Assembly (NCBI GenBank): GCA_964016885.1
Contig: OZ024743.1
Location: forward strand, 142,724,001 to 142,788,000
Reading direction: 5' to 3'
Length of the DNA stretch: 64,000 nt
From: Eledone cirrhosa
Taxonomy: Eukaryota
The stretch's first letter is position 1, and each line of letters begins with the position of its first letter. Below, one piece after another: positions 15,803-32,300 of this stretch. Position numbers and translations under genes: made by a program. The notes beneath the pieces were generated by a model, which did not search any database, was not told the DNA's origin, and saw only the letters and a list, made by a program, of their open reading frames with translations.

Positions 15803-18800
15803 CACCAAGAACCAAGCACCAAGCACCAAGCACCAAACACCAAGCACCAAACACAAAGCACCAAGCGCCAAACACCAAGCACCAAGCACCACACACCAAG
15901 CACCAAGCACCAAACACCAAACCCCAAGCACCAAATACCAAACCCAAAGCACCAAGCACCATACACTAATCACCAAGCACCAAGCACCAAACATCAAGCA
16001 CCAAGCACAAAGCACCAGGCACCAAGCACCAAGCACCAAACACTAATCACCAAGCACCAAACACCAAGCACCAAGCACCAAGCACCAAGCGCCAAACACC
16101 AGGCCCCAAGTACCAAACACCAAACACCAAGCACCAAAGACCAAGCACCAAGCACCAAGCACCAAGCACCAAACAATAAGCACCAAGCACCAAGCACCAA
16201 ACACCAAACACCAACCACCCAGCACCAAGCACCAAGCACCAAACACCAAACACCAAACAACAAGCACCAAGCACCAAGCACCAGGCACCAAGCACCAAGC
16301 ACCAAACACTAATCACCAAGCACCAAGCACCAAGCACCAAGCACCAAACACCAAGCACCAAGCACCAAGCGCCAAGCACCAATCACCAAACACTAATCAC
16401 CAAGCACCAAGCACCAAACACCAAGCACCAAGCACCAAGCACCAAACACCAAACACCAAACACCAAGCACCAAGAACCAAACACCAAACACCAAACAGCA
16501 AGCACCAAGCACCAAGCACCAAGCACCAAACACCAAACACCAAGCACTAAGCACCAAACACCAAACAACAAGCCCCAGGCACCAAGCACCAAACACCAAA
16601 CACCAAGAACCAAACACCAAACAGCAAGCACCAAGCACCAAACACCAAGCACCAAACACCAAACCCCAAGCACCAATCACCAAACACTAATCACCAAGCA
16701 CCAAGCACCAAACACCAAGCACCAAGCACCAAGCACCAAACACCAAACACCAAACACCAAGCACCAAGAACCAAACACCAAACACCAAACAGCAAGCACC
16801 AAGCACCAAGCACCAAGCACCAAGGACCAAACACCAGGCACCAAGCACCAAGCACCAAACACCAAGCACCAAGCACCAAACACCCAGCACCAAGCACCAA
16901 GCACCAAACACCAAGCACCAAGCACCAAACACCAAACACCAAACACCAAGCACCAAGCACCAAACAGCAAGCACCAAACACCAAACACCAAACAGCAAAC
17001 ACCAAACAGCAAACACCAAACACCAAACAGCAAACAGCAAACGCCAAACACCAAACACCAAGCACCAAGCACCAAACACCAAGCACCAAGCACCAAACAC
17101 CAAGCACCAAGCACCAAGCACCAAACACCAAGCACCAAGCACCAAACACCAAACCCCAAGCACCAAACACCAAACCGCAAGCACCAAGCACCAAACACTA
17201 ATCACCAAGCACCAAGCACCAAACAACAAGCACCAAGCACCAAGCAGCAGGCACCAAGCACCAAGCACCAAACACAAAACACCAAGCACCAAGCACCAAG
17301 CAGCAAACACCAAGCATCAAACACCAAACACCAAACACCAAGCACCAAACACCAAGCACCAAGCACCAAACACCTAACACCAAGCACCAAGCACCAAACA
17401 CCAAACATCAAGCACCAAACACCAGATACCAACCACCAAGCACCAAACGCCAAACACCAAACACCAAGCACCAAGCACCAAACACCAAACAACAAGTACC
17501 AGGCACCAAGCTCCAAATACCAAACACCAAGCACCAAGCACCAAACACCAAACACCAAGCACGCAGCATCAAACACCAAGCACCAAACACCAAGCACCAA
17601 GCACCAAGCACCAAGTACCAAACACCAAACACGAAGCACCAAACACCAGACACCAAGCACCAAGCACCAAGCACGAAACACCAGGCACCAAGCACCAAAC
17701 ACCAAACTCCAAACACCAAGCACCAAACACCAGCCACCAAGCACCAAGCACCAAACACCAAACACCAACCACTAAGCACCAAACACCAAACAACAAGCAC
17801 CAGGCACCAAGCACCAAACACCAAACACCAAACACCAAGCACCAAGAACCAAACACCAAACAGCAAGCACCAAGCACCAAACACCAAGCACCAAACACCA
17901 AACCCCAAGCACCAATCACCAAACACTAATCACCAAGCACCAAGCACCAAACACCAAGCACCAAGCACCAAGCACCAAACACCAAACACCAAACACCAAG
18001 CACCAAGCACCAAACACCAAGCACCAAGCACCAAGTACCAAACACCAGACACCAAGCACCAAACACCAAACACCAAGCACCAAGCACCAAACACCAAGCA
18101 CCAAACACCAAGCACCAAACACCAAACACTAAGTCCCACGCACCAAGCACCAAACACCAAACAGCAAGCACCAAGCACCAAACACCAAGCATCAAGCACC
18201 AAGCCCCTAGCACCAAACACCAAACGCCAAGCACCAAGCACAAAACACCAAACAACAAGCACCAAGGACCAAACACCTAACACCAAGCACCAAGCACCAA
18301 GCACCAAGCACCAATCACCAAACACCAAGCACCAAACACCAAGCACCAAGCACCAAGTACCAAACACCAAACACCAAACACCAAACACCAAACACCAAGC
18401 ACCAAGCACCAAGCACGAAACACCAGGCACCAAGCACCAAGCACCAAACTCCAAACACCAAGCACCAAGCACCAGCCACCAAGCACCAAGCACCAAACAC
18501 CAAACACCAAGCACTAAGCACCAAACACCAAACAACAAGCCCCAGGCACCAAGCACCAAACACCAAACACCAAGCACGCAGCACCAAACACCAAGCACCA
18601 AGCACCAAGCACCAAACACCAAGCACCAAGCACCAAGCACCAAACACCAAACACCAAACACCAACCACCAAGAACCAAACACCAAACAGCAAGCACCAAG
18701 CACCAAACACCAAGCACCAAACACCAAACCCCAAGCACCAATCACCAAACACTAATCACCAAGCACCAAGCACCAAACACCAAGAACCAAGCACCAAGCA

Positions 18801-21800
18801 CCAAGCACCAAACACCAAGCACCAAACACAAAGCACCAAGCGCCAAACACCAAGCACCAAGCACCACACACCAAGCACCAAGCACCAAACACCAAACCCC
18901 AAGCACCAAATACCAAACCCAAAGCACCAAGCACCATACACTAATCACCAAGCACCAAGCACCAAACATCAAGCACCAAGCACAAAGCACCAGGCACCAA
19001 GCACCAAGCACCAAACACTAATCACCAAGCACCAAACACCAAGCACCAAGCACCAAGCACCAAGCGCCAAACACCAGGCCCCAAGTACCAAACACCAAAC
19101 ACCAAGCACCAAAGACCAAGCACCAAGCACCAAGCACCAAGCACCAAACAATAAGCACCAAGCACCAAGCACCAAACACCAAACACCAACCACCCAGCAC
19201 CAAGCACCAAGCACCAAACACCAAGCACCAAACAACAAGCACCAAGCACCAAGCACCAGGCACCAAGCACCAAGCACCAAACACTAATCACCAAGCACCA
19301 AGCACCAAGCACCAAGCACCAAACACCAAGCACCAAGCACCAAGCGCCAAGCACCAATCACCAAACACTAATCACCAAGCACCAAGCACCAAACACCAAG
19401 CACCAAGCACCAAGCACCAAACACCAAACACCAAACACCAAGCACCAAGAACCAAACACCAAACACCAAACAGCAAGCACCAAGCACCAAGCACCAAGCA
19501 CCAAACACCAAACACCAAGCACTAAGCACCAAACACCAAACAACAAGCCCCAGGCACCAAGCACCAAACACCAAACACCAAGCACGCAGCACCAAACACC
19601 AAGCACCAAGCACCAAGCACCAAACACCAAGCACCAAGCACCAAGCACCAAACACCAAACACCAAACACCAAGCACCAAGAACCAAACACCAAACAGCAA
19701 GCACCAAGCACCAAACACCAAGCACCAAACACCAAACCCCAAGCACCAATCACCAAACACTAATCACCAAGCACCAAGCACCAAACACCAAGCACCAAGC
19801 ACCAAGCACCAAACACCAAACACCAAACACCAAGCACCAAGAACCAAACACCAAACACCAAACAGCAAGCACCAAGCACCAAGCACCAAGCACCAAGGAC
19901 CAAACACCAGGCACCAAGCACCAAGCACCAAACACCAAGCACCAAGCACCAAACACCCAGCACCAAGCACCAAGCACCAAACACCAAGCACCAAGCACCA
20001 AACACCAAACACCAAACACCAAGCACCAAGCACCAAACAGCAAGCACCAAACACCAAACACCAAACAGCAAACACCAAACAGCAAACACCAAACACCAAA
20101 CAGCAAACAGCAAACGCCAAACACCAAACACCAAGCACCAAGCACCAAACACCAAGCACCAAGCACCAAACACCAAGCACCAAGCACCAAGCACCAAACA
20201 CCAAGCACCAAGCACCAAACACCAAACCCCAAGCACCAAACACCAAACCGCAAGCACCAAGCACCAAACACTAATCACCAAGCACCAAGCACCAAACAAC
20301 AAGCACCAAGCACCAAGCAGCAGGCACCAAGCACCAAGCACCAAACACAAAACACCAAGCACCAAGCACCAAGCAGCAAACACCAAGCATCAAACACCAA
20401 ACACCAAACACCAAGCACCAAACACCAAGCACCAAGCACCAAACACCTAACACCAAGCACCAAGCACCAAACACCAAACATCAAGCACCAAACACCAGAT
20501 ACCAACCACCAAGCACCAAACGCCAAACACCAAACACCAAGCACCAAGCACCAAACACCAAACAACAAGTACCAGGCACCAAGCTCCAAATACCAAACAC
20601 CAAGCACCAAGCACCAAACACCAAACACCAAGCACGCAGCATCAAACACCAAGCACCAAACACCAAGCACCAAGCACCAAGCACCAAGTACCAAACACCA
20701 AACACGAAGCACCAAACACCAGACACCAAGCACCAAGCACCAAGCACGAAACACCAGGCACCAAGCACCAAACACCAAACTCCAAACACCAAGCACCAAA
20801 CACCAGCCACCAAGCACCAAGCACCAAACACCAAACACCAACCACTAAGCACCAAACACCAAACAACAAGCACCAGGCACCAAGCACCAAACACCAAACA
20901 CCAAACACCAAGCACCAAGAACCAAACACCAAACAGCAAGCACCAAGCACCAAACACCAAGCACCAAACACCAAACCCCAAGCACCAATCACCAAACACT
21001 AATCACCAAGCACCAAGCACCAAACACCAAGCACCAAGCACCAAGCACCAAGCACCAAACACCAAACACCAAACACCAAGCACCAAGCACCAAACACCAA
21101 GCACCAAGCACCAAGTACCAAACACCAGACACCAAGCACCAAACACCAAACACCAAGCACCAAGCACCAAACACCAAGCACCAAACACCAAGCACCAAAC
21201 ACCAAACACTAAGTCCCACGCACCAAGCACCAAACACCAAACAGCAAGCACCAAGCACCAAACACCAAGCATCAAGCACCAAGCCCCTAGCACCAAACAC
21301 CAAACGCCAAGCACCAAGCACAAAACACCAAACAACAAGCACCAAGGACCAAACACCTAACACCAAGCACCAAGCACCAAGCACCAAGCACCAATCACCA
21401 AACACCAAGCACCAAACACCAAGCACCAAGCACCAAGTACCAAACACCAAACACCAAACACCAAACACCAAACACCAAGCACCAAGCACCAAGCACGAAA
21501 CACCAGGCACCAAGCACCAAGCACCAAACTCCAAACACCAAGCACCAAGCACCAGCCACCAAGCACCAAGCACCAAACACCAAACACCAAGCACTAAGCA
21601 CCAAACACCAAACAACAAGCCCCAGGCACCAAGCACCAAACACCAAACACCAAGCACGCAGCACCAAACACCAAGCACCAAGCACCAAGCACCAAACACC
21701 AAGCACCAAGCACCAAGCACCAAACACCAAACACCAAACACCAACCACCAAGAACCAAACACCAAACAGCAAGCACCAAGCACCAAACACCAAGCACCAA

Positions 21801-24390
21801 ACACCAAACCCCAAGCACCAATCACCAAACACTAATCACCAAGCACCAAGCACCAAACACCAAGCACCAAGCACCAAGCACCAAATACCAAACACCAAAC
21901 ACCAAGCACCAAGAACCAAACACCAAACACCAAACAGCAAGCACCAAGCACCAAGCACCAAGCACCAAGCACCAAGCACCAAGCACCAAACACCAAGCAC
22001 CAATCACCAAACACCAAACACCAAGCACCGAACACCAAGCACCAGGCACCAAACACCAAACACCAAGCACCAAGCACCAAACACCAAACACCAAGACCGA
22101 AGCACCAAACACCAAGCACCAAAGTCCAAACACAAAACACCAATCACCAAGCAGCAAGCACCAAACACCAAACACCAAGCACCAAACACCAAACACCAGG
22201 CACCAAGCACCAAGCACCAAACTGCAAACACCAAGCACCAAGCACCAGCCACCAAGCACCAAGCACCAAACACCAAACACCAAGCACTAAGCACCAAACA
22301 CCAAACAACAAGGCCCAGGCACCAAGCACCAAACACCAAACACCAAGACCGAAGCACCAAACACCAAGCACCAAACTCCAAACACAAAACACCAAGCACC
22401 AAGCAGCAAGCACCAAACACCAAACACCAAGCACCAAGCACCAAACACCAAACACCAAGCACCAAGAACCTAACATCAAACACCAATCACCAAGCACCAA
22501 ACACCTAACACCAAGAACCAAGCACCAAGCACCAAGCACCAAACACCAAGCACCAAACACAAAGCACCAAGCGCCAAACACCAAGCACCAAGCACCAAAC
22601 ACCAAGCACCAAGCACCAAACACCAAACCCCAAGCACCAAATACCAAACCCAAAGCACCAAGCACCAAACACTAATCACCAAGCACCAAGCACCAAACAT
22701 CAAGCACCAAGCACCAAGCACCAGGCACCAAGCACCAAGCACCAAACACTAATCACCAAGCACCAAACACCAAGCACCAAGCACCAAGCACCAAGCGCCA
22801 AACACCAGGCCCCAAGTACCAAACACCAAACACCAAGCACCAAAGACCAAGCACCAAGCACCAAGCACCAAGCACCAAACAATAAGCACCAAGCACCAAG
22901 CACCAAACACCAAACACCAACCACCCAGCACCAAGCACCAAGCACCAAACACCAAGCACCAAACAACAAGCACCAAGCACCAAGCACCAGGCACCAAGCA
23001 CCAAGCACCAAACACTAATCACCAAGCACCAAGCACCAAGCACCAAGCACCAAACACCAAGCACCAAGCACCAAGCGCCAAGCACCAATCACCAAACACT
23101 AATCACCAAGCACCAAGCACCAAACACCAAGCACCAAGCACCAAGCACCAAACACCAAACACCAAACACCAAGCACCAAACACCAAACACCAAACAGCAA
23201 GCACCAAGCACCAAGCACCAAGCACCAAACACCAAACACCAAGCACTAAGCACCAAACACCAAACAACAAGCCCCAGGCACCAAGCACCAAACACCAAAC
23301 ACCAAGCACGCAGCACCAAACACCAAGCACCAAGCACCAAGCACCAAACACAAAGCACCAAGCACCAAGCACCAAACACCAAACACCAAACACCAAGCAC
23401 CAAGAACCAAACACCAAGCACCAAGCACCAAGCACCAAACACCAAGCACCAAACACCAAACCCCAAGCACCAATCACCAAACACTAATCACCAAGCACCA
23501 AGCACCAAACACCAAGCACCAAGCACCAAGCACCAAACACCAAACACCAAACACCAAGCACCAAGAACCAAACACCAAACACCAAACAGCAAGCACCAAG
23601 CACCAAGCACCAAGCACCAAGGACCAAACACCAGGCACCAAGCACCAAGCACCAAACACCAAGCACCAAGCACCAAACACCCAGCACCAAGCACCAAGCA
23701 CCAAACACCAAGCACCAAGCACCAAACACCAAACACCAAACACCAAGCACCAAGCACCAAACAGCAAGCACCAAACACCAAACACCAAACAGCAAACACC
23801 AAACAGCAAACACCAAACACCAAACAGCAAACAGCAAACGCCAAACACCAAACACCAAGCACCAAGTACCAAACACCAAGCACCAAGCACCAAACACCAA
23901 GCACCAAGCACCAAGCACCAAACACCAAGCACCAAGCACCAAACACCAAACCCCAAGCACCAAACACCAAACCGCAAGCACCAAGCACCAAACACTAATC
24001 ACCAAGCACCAAGCACCAAACAACAAGCACCAAGCACCAAGCAGCAGGCACCAAGCACCAAGCACCAAACACAAAACACCAAGCACCAAGCACCAAGCAG
24101 CAAACACCAAGCATCAAACACCAAACACCAAACACCAAGCACCAAACACCAAGCACCAAGCACCAAACACCTAACACCAAGCACCAAGCACCAAACACCA
24201 AACATCAAGCACCAAACACCAGATACCAACCACCAAGCACCAAACGCCAAACACCAAACACCAAGCACCAAGCACCAAACACCAAACAACAAGCACCAGG
24301 CACCAAGCTCCAAATACCAAACACCAAGCACCAAGCACCAAACACCAAACACCAAGCACGCAGCATCAAACACCAAGCACCAAACACCAA
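15803..24390. repeat. Higher-order repeat block, unit ~2975-3730 bp, two full copies plus a partial third
   Basis: Private markers caccaca (15887/18862) and 'caccata cactaat' recur at an offset of 2975. The offset grows to 3073 (ORFs 16677/19750, 17202/20275) and 3080 (18277/21357). A third copy lies a further 3724-3731 along (18969/22700, 19750/23474). All offsets are multiples of 7. Confidence 0.8.
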
Positions 24391-25095
24391 GCACCGAGCA
24401 CGAAACACCAGGCACCAAGCACCAAACACCAAACTCCAAACACCAAGCACCAAGCACCAAACAGCAAGCACCAAACACCAAACACCAAACAGCAAACAGC
24501 AAACAGCAAACACCAAACACCAAACAGCAAACAGCAAACGCCAAACACCAAACACCAAGCACCAAGTACCAAACACCAAGCACCAAGCACCAAACACCAA
24601 GCACCAAGCACCAAGCACCAAACACCAAGCACCAAGCACCAAACACCAAACCCCAAGCACCAAACACCAAACCGCAAGCACCAAGCACCAAACACTAATC
24701 ACCAAGCACAAAGCACCAAACAACAAGCACCAAGCACCAAGCAGTAGGCACCAAGCACCAAGCACCAAACACAAAACACCAAGCACCAAGCACCAAGCAG
24801 CAAACACCAAGCATCAAACACCAAACACCAAACACCAAGCACCAAACACCAAGCACCAAGCACCAAACACCAAACACCAAGCACCAAGCACCAAACACCA
24901 AACATCAAGCACCAAACACCAGATACCAACCACCAAGCACCAAACGCCAAACACCAAACACCAAGCACCAAGCACCAAACACCAAACAACAAGCACCAGG
25001 CACCAAGCTCCAAATACCAAACACCAAGCACCAAGCACCAAACACCAAACACCAAGCACGCAGCATCAAACACCAAGCACCAAACACCAAGCACC
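23741..25095. repeat. Local tandem duplication, 700 bp (100 monomers)
   Basis: The cagcaag module sits at 23762/24462 and 'cacgcag catcaaa' at 24357/25057. ORF boundaries match at 23995/24695 and 24110/24810. Confidence 0.8.
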
Positions 25096-28000
25096 AAGCA
25101 CCAAGCACCAAGTACCAAACACCAAACACGAAGCACCAAACACCAGACACCAAGCACCAAGCACCAAGCACGAAACACCAGGCACCAAGCACCAAACACC
25201 AAACTCCAAACACCAAGCACCAAACACCAGCCACCAAGCACCAAGCACCAAACACCAAACACCAACCACTAAGCACCAAACACCAAACAACAAGCACCAG
25301 GCACCAAGCACCAAACACCAAACACCAAACACCAAGCACCAAGAACCAAACACCAAACAGCAAGCACCAAGTACCAAACACCAGACACCAAGCACCAAAC
25401 ACCAGACACCAAGCACCAAGCACCAAGCACGAAACACCAGGCACCAAACACCAAACACCAAACTCCAAACACCAAGCACCAAACACCAGCCACCAAGCAC
25501 CAAGCACCAAACACCAAACACCAACCACTAAGCACCAAACACCAAACAACAAGCACCAGGCACCAAGCACCAAGCACCAAACTCCAAACACCAAGCACCA
25601 AGCACCAAACTCCAAGCACCAAGCACCAAACACCAAACCCCATGCACCAAACACCAAACACCAAGCACCAAGCACCAAACACCAAGCACCAAGCAGCAAG
25701 CACCAAGCACCAAACACCAAACCCCAAGCACCAAACACCAAACCGCAAGCACCAAGCACCAAACACTAATCACCAAGTACCAAGCACCAAACACCAAACA
25801 CCAAACAGCAAGCACCAAGCACCAAACACCAAGCACCAAACACCAAACCCCAAGCACCAAACACCAAGCACCAAGCACCAAACACCAAACACCAAACACC
25901 AAGCACCAAGAACCAAACACCAAACACCAAACAGCAAGCACCAAGCACCAAGCACCAAGCACCAAGGACCAAACACCAAGCACCAAGCACCAAGCACCGA
26001 ACACCAAGCACCAGGCACCAAACACCAAACACCAAGCACCAAGCACCAAACACCAAGCACCAAGCAGCAAGCACCAAGCACCAAACACCAAACCCCAAGC
26101 ACCAAACACCAAACCGCAAGCACCAAGCACCAAACACTAATCACCAAGTACCAAGCACCAAACACAAAACACCAAGCACCAAGCACCAAGCACCAAACAC
26201 CAAGCACCAAGCACCAAGCACCAAACACCAAATACCAAACACCAAGCACCAAGAACCAAACACCAAACACCAAACAGCAAGCACCAAGCACCAAACACCA
26301 AGCACCAAACACCAAACCCCAAGCACCAAACACCAAGCACCAAGCACCAAGCACCAAACACCAAACACCAAACACCAAGCACCAAGAACCAAACACCAAA
26401 CACCAAACAGCAAGCACCAAGCACCAAGCTCCAAGCACCAAGCACCAAACACCAAGCACCAAGCATCAAGCACCAAACACCAAGCACCAAGCACCAAACA
26501 CCCAGCACCAAACACCAAACAGCAAGCACCAAGCACCAAACACCAAGCCCCAAACACCAAACCCCAAGCACCAATCACCAAACACTAATCACCAAGCACC
26601 AAGCACCAAACACCAAGCACCAAGCAGCAAGCACCAAACACCAGGCACCAAGCACCAAGCACCAAACACCAAGCACCAAGCACCAAACACCAAAACCCAA
26701 GCACCAAAGACCAAGCACCAAGCACCAAGGACCAAACACCAAGCACCAAGCACCAAGCACCAAACACCAAGCACCAAGCACCAAACACCCAGCACCAAGC
26801 ACCAAGCACCAAACACCAAGCACCAAACACCAAACACCAAGCACCAAGCACCAAACAGCAAGCACCAAACACCAAACACCAAACAGCAAACACCAAACAG
26901 CAAACACCAACCACCAAACAGCAAACAGCAGACGCCAAACACCAAGCACCAAGCACCAAGCACCAAACACCAAGCACCAAGCACCAAGCACACAACACCA
27001 AACACCAAGCCCCAAGGACCAAACATCAAACACCAAGCACCAAGCACCAAACACCAAACACCAAGCACCAAGCACCAAGCACCAAGCACCGAACACCAAG
27101 CACCAAACAACAAGCACCAAACATCAAGCACCAAACACCAAACACCAAGCACCCGGCACCAAGCACCAAACACCAAGCACCAAACACCAAGCACCAAACA
27201 CCAAGTCCCACGCACCAAGCACCAAACACCAAACACCAAGCACCAAGCACCAAACACGAAACACCAAGCACCAAGCCCCTAGCACCAAACACCAAGCAGC
27301 AAGCAGCAAGCACCAAACACCAAACACCAAGCACCAAGCACCAAACACCAAACACCAAGCACCAAGCACAAAATACCAAACACCAAGCACAATGGACCAA
27401 ACATCAAACACCAAGCACCAAGCACCAAAGTCCAAACACAAAACACCAATCACCAAGCAGCAAGCACCAAACACCAAACACCAAGCACCAAACACCAAAC
27501 ACCAAGCACCAAGCACCAAGCACGAAACACCAGGCACCAAGCACCAAGCACCAAACTGCAAACACCAAGCACCAAGCACCAGCCACCAAGCACCAAGCAC
27601 CAAACACCAAACACCAAGCACTAAGCACCAAACACCAAACAACAAGCCCCAGGCACCAAGCACCAAACACCAAACACCAAGACCGAAGCACCAAACACCA
27701 AACACCAAGCACCAAGAACCTAACATCAAACACCAATCACCAAGCACCAAACACCTAACACCAAGAACCAAGCACCAAGCACCAAGCACCAAACACCAAG
27801 CACCAAACACAAAGCACCAAGCGCCAAACACCAAGCACCAAGCACCAAACACCAAGCACCAAGCACCAAACACCAAACCCCAAGCACCAAACACCAAACC
27901 CAAAGCACCAAGCACCAAACACTAATCACCAAGCACCAAGCACCAAACATCAAGCACCAAGCACCAAGCACCAGGCACCAAGCACCAAGCACCAAACACT

Positions 28001-28369
28001 AATCACCAAGCACCAAACACCAAGCACCAAGCACCAAGCGCCAAACACCAGGCCCCAAGTACCAAACACCAAACACCAAGCACCAAAGACCAAGCACCAA
28101 GCACCAAGCACCAAGCACCAAACAATAAGCACCAAGCACCAAGCACCAAACACCAAACACCAACCACCCAGCACCAAGCACCAAGCACCAAACACCAAGC
28201 ACCAAACAACAAGCACCAAGCACCAAGCATCAGGCACCAAGCACCAAGCACCAAACACTAATCACCAAGCACCAAGCACAAAGCGCCAAACACCAAGCAC
28301 CAAGCACCAAACACCAAACACCAAGCATCAGGCACCAAGCACCAAGCACCAAGCACCAAACACCAAGCA

Positions 28370-29200
28370 CCAAAACCCAAGCACCAAAGACCAAGCACCA
28401 AGCACCAAGGACCAAACACCTAGCACCAAGCACCAAGCACCAAACACCAAGCACCAAGCACCAAACACCCAGCACCAAGCACCAAGCACCAAACACCAAG
28501 CACCAAACACCAAACACCAAGCACCAAGCACCAAACAGCAAGCACCAAACACCAAACACCAAACAGCAAACACCAAACAGCAAACACCAACCACCAAACA
28601 GCAAACAGCAAACGCCAGACACCAAGCACCAAGCACCAAACACCAAGCACCAAGCACCAAGCACACAACACCAAACACCAAGCACCAAGGACCAAACATC
28701 AAACACCAAGCACCAAACAGCAAGCACCAAACACCAAACACCAAACAGCAAACACCAAACAGCAAACACCAACCACCAAACAGCAAACAGCAAACGCCAG
28801 ACACCAAGCACCAAGCACCAAACACCAAGCACCAAGCACCAAACACCAAAACCCAAGCACCAAAGACCAAGCACCAAGCACCAAGGACCAAACACCTAGC
28901 ACCAAGCACCAAGCACCAAACACCAAGCACCAAGCACCAAACACCCAGCACCAAGCACCAAGCACCAAACACCAAGCACCAAACACCAAACACCAAGCAC
29001 CAAGCACCAAACAGCAAGCACCAAACACCAAACACCAAACAGCAAACACCAAACAGCAAACACCAACCACCAAACAGCAAACAGCAAACGCCAGACACCA
29101 AGCACCAAGCACCAAACACCAAGCACCAAGCACCAAGCACACAACACCAAACACCAAGCACCAAGGACCAAACATCAAACACCAAGCACCAAGCACCAAA
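28370..29200. repeat. Local duplication, 476 bp (68 monomers), with a nested 182-bp repeat
   Basis: ORFs 28420..28695 and 28896..29171 are identical. The private monomer cgccaga occurs at 28613, 28795 and 29089 (spacings 182 and 294), and 'gaccaaa cacctag' occurs twice. Confidence 0.8.
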
Positions 29201-29369
29201 CACCAAACACCAAGCACCAAGCACCAAGCACCAAGCACCGAACACCAAGCACCAAACAACAAGCACCAAACATCAAGCACCAAACACCAAACACCAAGCA
29301 CCCGGCACCAAGCACCAAACACCAAGCACCAAACACCAAGCACCAAACACCAAGTCCCACGCACCAAGC

Positions 29370-32300
29370 ACCAAACACCAAACACCAAGCACCAAGCACC
29401 AAACACGAAACACCAAGCACCAAGCCCCTAGCACCAAACACCAAGCAGCAAGCAGCAAGCACCAAACACCAAACACCTAGCACCAAGTACCAGACACCAA
29501 ACACCAAGCACCAAGCACAAAATACCAAACACCAAGCACAATGGACCAAACATCAAACACCAAGCACCAAGTACCAAACGCCTAACACCAAGCACCAAGC
29601 ACCAAGCACCAAGCACTAAACACCAAGCACCAATCACCAAACACCAAACACCAAGCACCGAACACCAAGCACCAGGCACCAAACACCAAACACCAAGCAC
29701 CAAGCACCAAACACCAAACACCAAGACCGAAGCACCAAACACCAAGCACCAAAGTCCAAACACAAAACACCAATCACCAAGCAGCAAGCACCAAACACCA
29801 AACACCAAGCACCAAACACCAAACACCAAGCACCAAGCACCAAGCACGAAACACCAGGCACCAAGCACCAAGCACCAAACTGCAAACACCAAGCACCAAG
29901 CACCAGCCACCAAGCACCAAGCACCAAACACCAAACAACCAAGCACTAAGCACCAAACACCAAACAACAAGCCCCAGGCACCAAGCACCAAACACCAAAC
30001 ACCAAGACCGAAGCACCAAACACCAAACACCAAGCACCAAGAACCTAACATCAAACACCAATCACCAAGCACCAAACACCTAACACCAAGAACCAAGCAC
30101 CAAGCACCAAGCACCAAACACCAAGCACCAAACACAAAGCACCAAGCGCCAAACACCAAGCACCAAGCACCAAACACCAAGCACCAAGCACCAAACACCA
30201 AACCCCAAGCACCAAACACCAAACCCAAAGCACCAAGCACCAAACACTAATCACCAAGCACCAAGCACCAAACATCAAGCACCAAGCACCAAGCACCAGG
30301 CACCAAGCACCAAGCACCAAACACTAATCACCAAGCACCAAACACCAAGCACCAAACACCAAGCACCAAGCACCAAGCGCCAAACACCAGGCCCCAAGTA
30401 ACAAACACCAAACACCAAGCACCAAAGACCAAGCACCAAGCACCAAGCACCAAGCACCAAACAATAAGCACCAAGCACCAAGCACCAAACACCAAACACC
30501 AACCACCCAGCACCAAGCACCAAGCACCAAACACCAAGCACCAAACGACAAGCACCAAGCACCATCACCAGGCACCAAGCACCAAGCACCAAACACTAAT
30601 CACCAAACACCAAGCACCAAGCACCAAACACCAAGCACCAAGCACCAAGCGCCAAACACCAAGCACCAAGCACCAAACACCAAACACCAAGCACCAAACA
30701 CCAAGCCCCAAGCACTAAGCACCAAACACCAAACACCAAGCACCAAGCACCAAACACCAAGCACCAAACACCAAGCACCAAACACCAAACACTAAGTCCC
30801 ACGCACCAAGCACCAAACACCAAACAGCAAGCACCAAGCACCAAACACCAAGCATCAAGCACCAAGCCCCTAGCACCAAACACCAAACGCCAAGCACCAA
30901 GCACAAAACACCAAACAACAAGCACCAAGGACCAAACACCTAACACCAAGCACCAAGCACCAAGCACCAAGCACCAATCACCAAACACCAAGCACCAAAC
31001 ACCAAGCACCAAGCACCAAGTACCAAACACCAAACACCAAACACCAAACACCAAACACCAAGCACCAAGCACCAAGCACGAAACACCAGGCACCAAGCAC
31101 CAAGCACCAAACTCCAAACACCAAGCACCAAGCACCAGCCACCAAGCACCAAGCACCAAACACCAAACACCAAGCACTAAGCACCAAACACCAAACAACA
31201 AGCCCCAGGCACCAAGCACCAAACACCAAACACCAAGCACGCAGCACCAAACACCAAGCACCAAGCACCAAGCACCAAACACCAAACACCAAACACCAAA
31301 CACCAAGAACCAAACACCAAACAGCAAGCACCAAGCACCAAACACCAAGCACCAAACACCAAACCCCAAGCACCAATCACCAAACACTAATCACCAAGCA
31401 CCAAGCACCAAACACCAAGCACCAAGCACCAAGCACCAAACACCAAACACCAAACACCAAGCACCAAGAACCAAACACCAAACACCAAACAGCAAGCACC
31501 AAGCACCAAGCACCAAGCACCAAGCACCAAGCACCAAGCACCAAACACCAAGCACCAATCACCAAACACCAAACACCAAGCACCGAACACCAAGCACCAG
31601 GCACCAAACACCAAACACCAAGCACCAAGCACCAAACACGAAACACCAAGCACCAAGCCCCTAGCACCAAACACCAAGCAGCAAGCAGCAAGCACCAAAC
31701 ACCAAACACCAAGCACCAAGTACCAAACACCAAACACCAAGCACCAAGCACAAAATACCAAACACCAAGCACAATGGACCAAACATCAAACACCAAGCAC
31801 CAAGTACCAAACGCCTAACACCAAGCACCAAGCACCAAGCACCAAGCACCAAACACCAAGCACCAATCACCAAACACCAAACACCAAGCACCGAACACCA
31901 AGCACCAGGCACCAAACACCAAACACCAAGCACCAAGCACCAAACACCAAACACCAAGACCGAAGCACCAAACACCAAGCACCAAAGTCCAAACACAAAA
32001 CACCAATCACCAAGCAGCAAGCACCAAACACCAAACACCAAGCACCAAACACCAAACACCAAGCACCAAGCACCAAGCACGAAACACCAGGCACCAAGCA
32101 CCAAGCACCAAACTGCAAACACCAAGCACCAAGCACCAGCCACCAAGCACCAAGCACCAAACACCAAACACCAAGCACTAAGCACCAAACACCAAACAAC
32201 AAGCCCCAGGCACCAAGCACCAAACACCAAACACCAAGACCGAAGCACCAAACACCAAACACCAAGCACCAAGAACCTAACATCAAACACCAATCACCAA

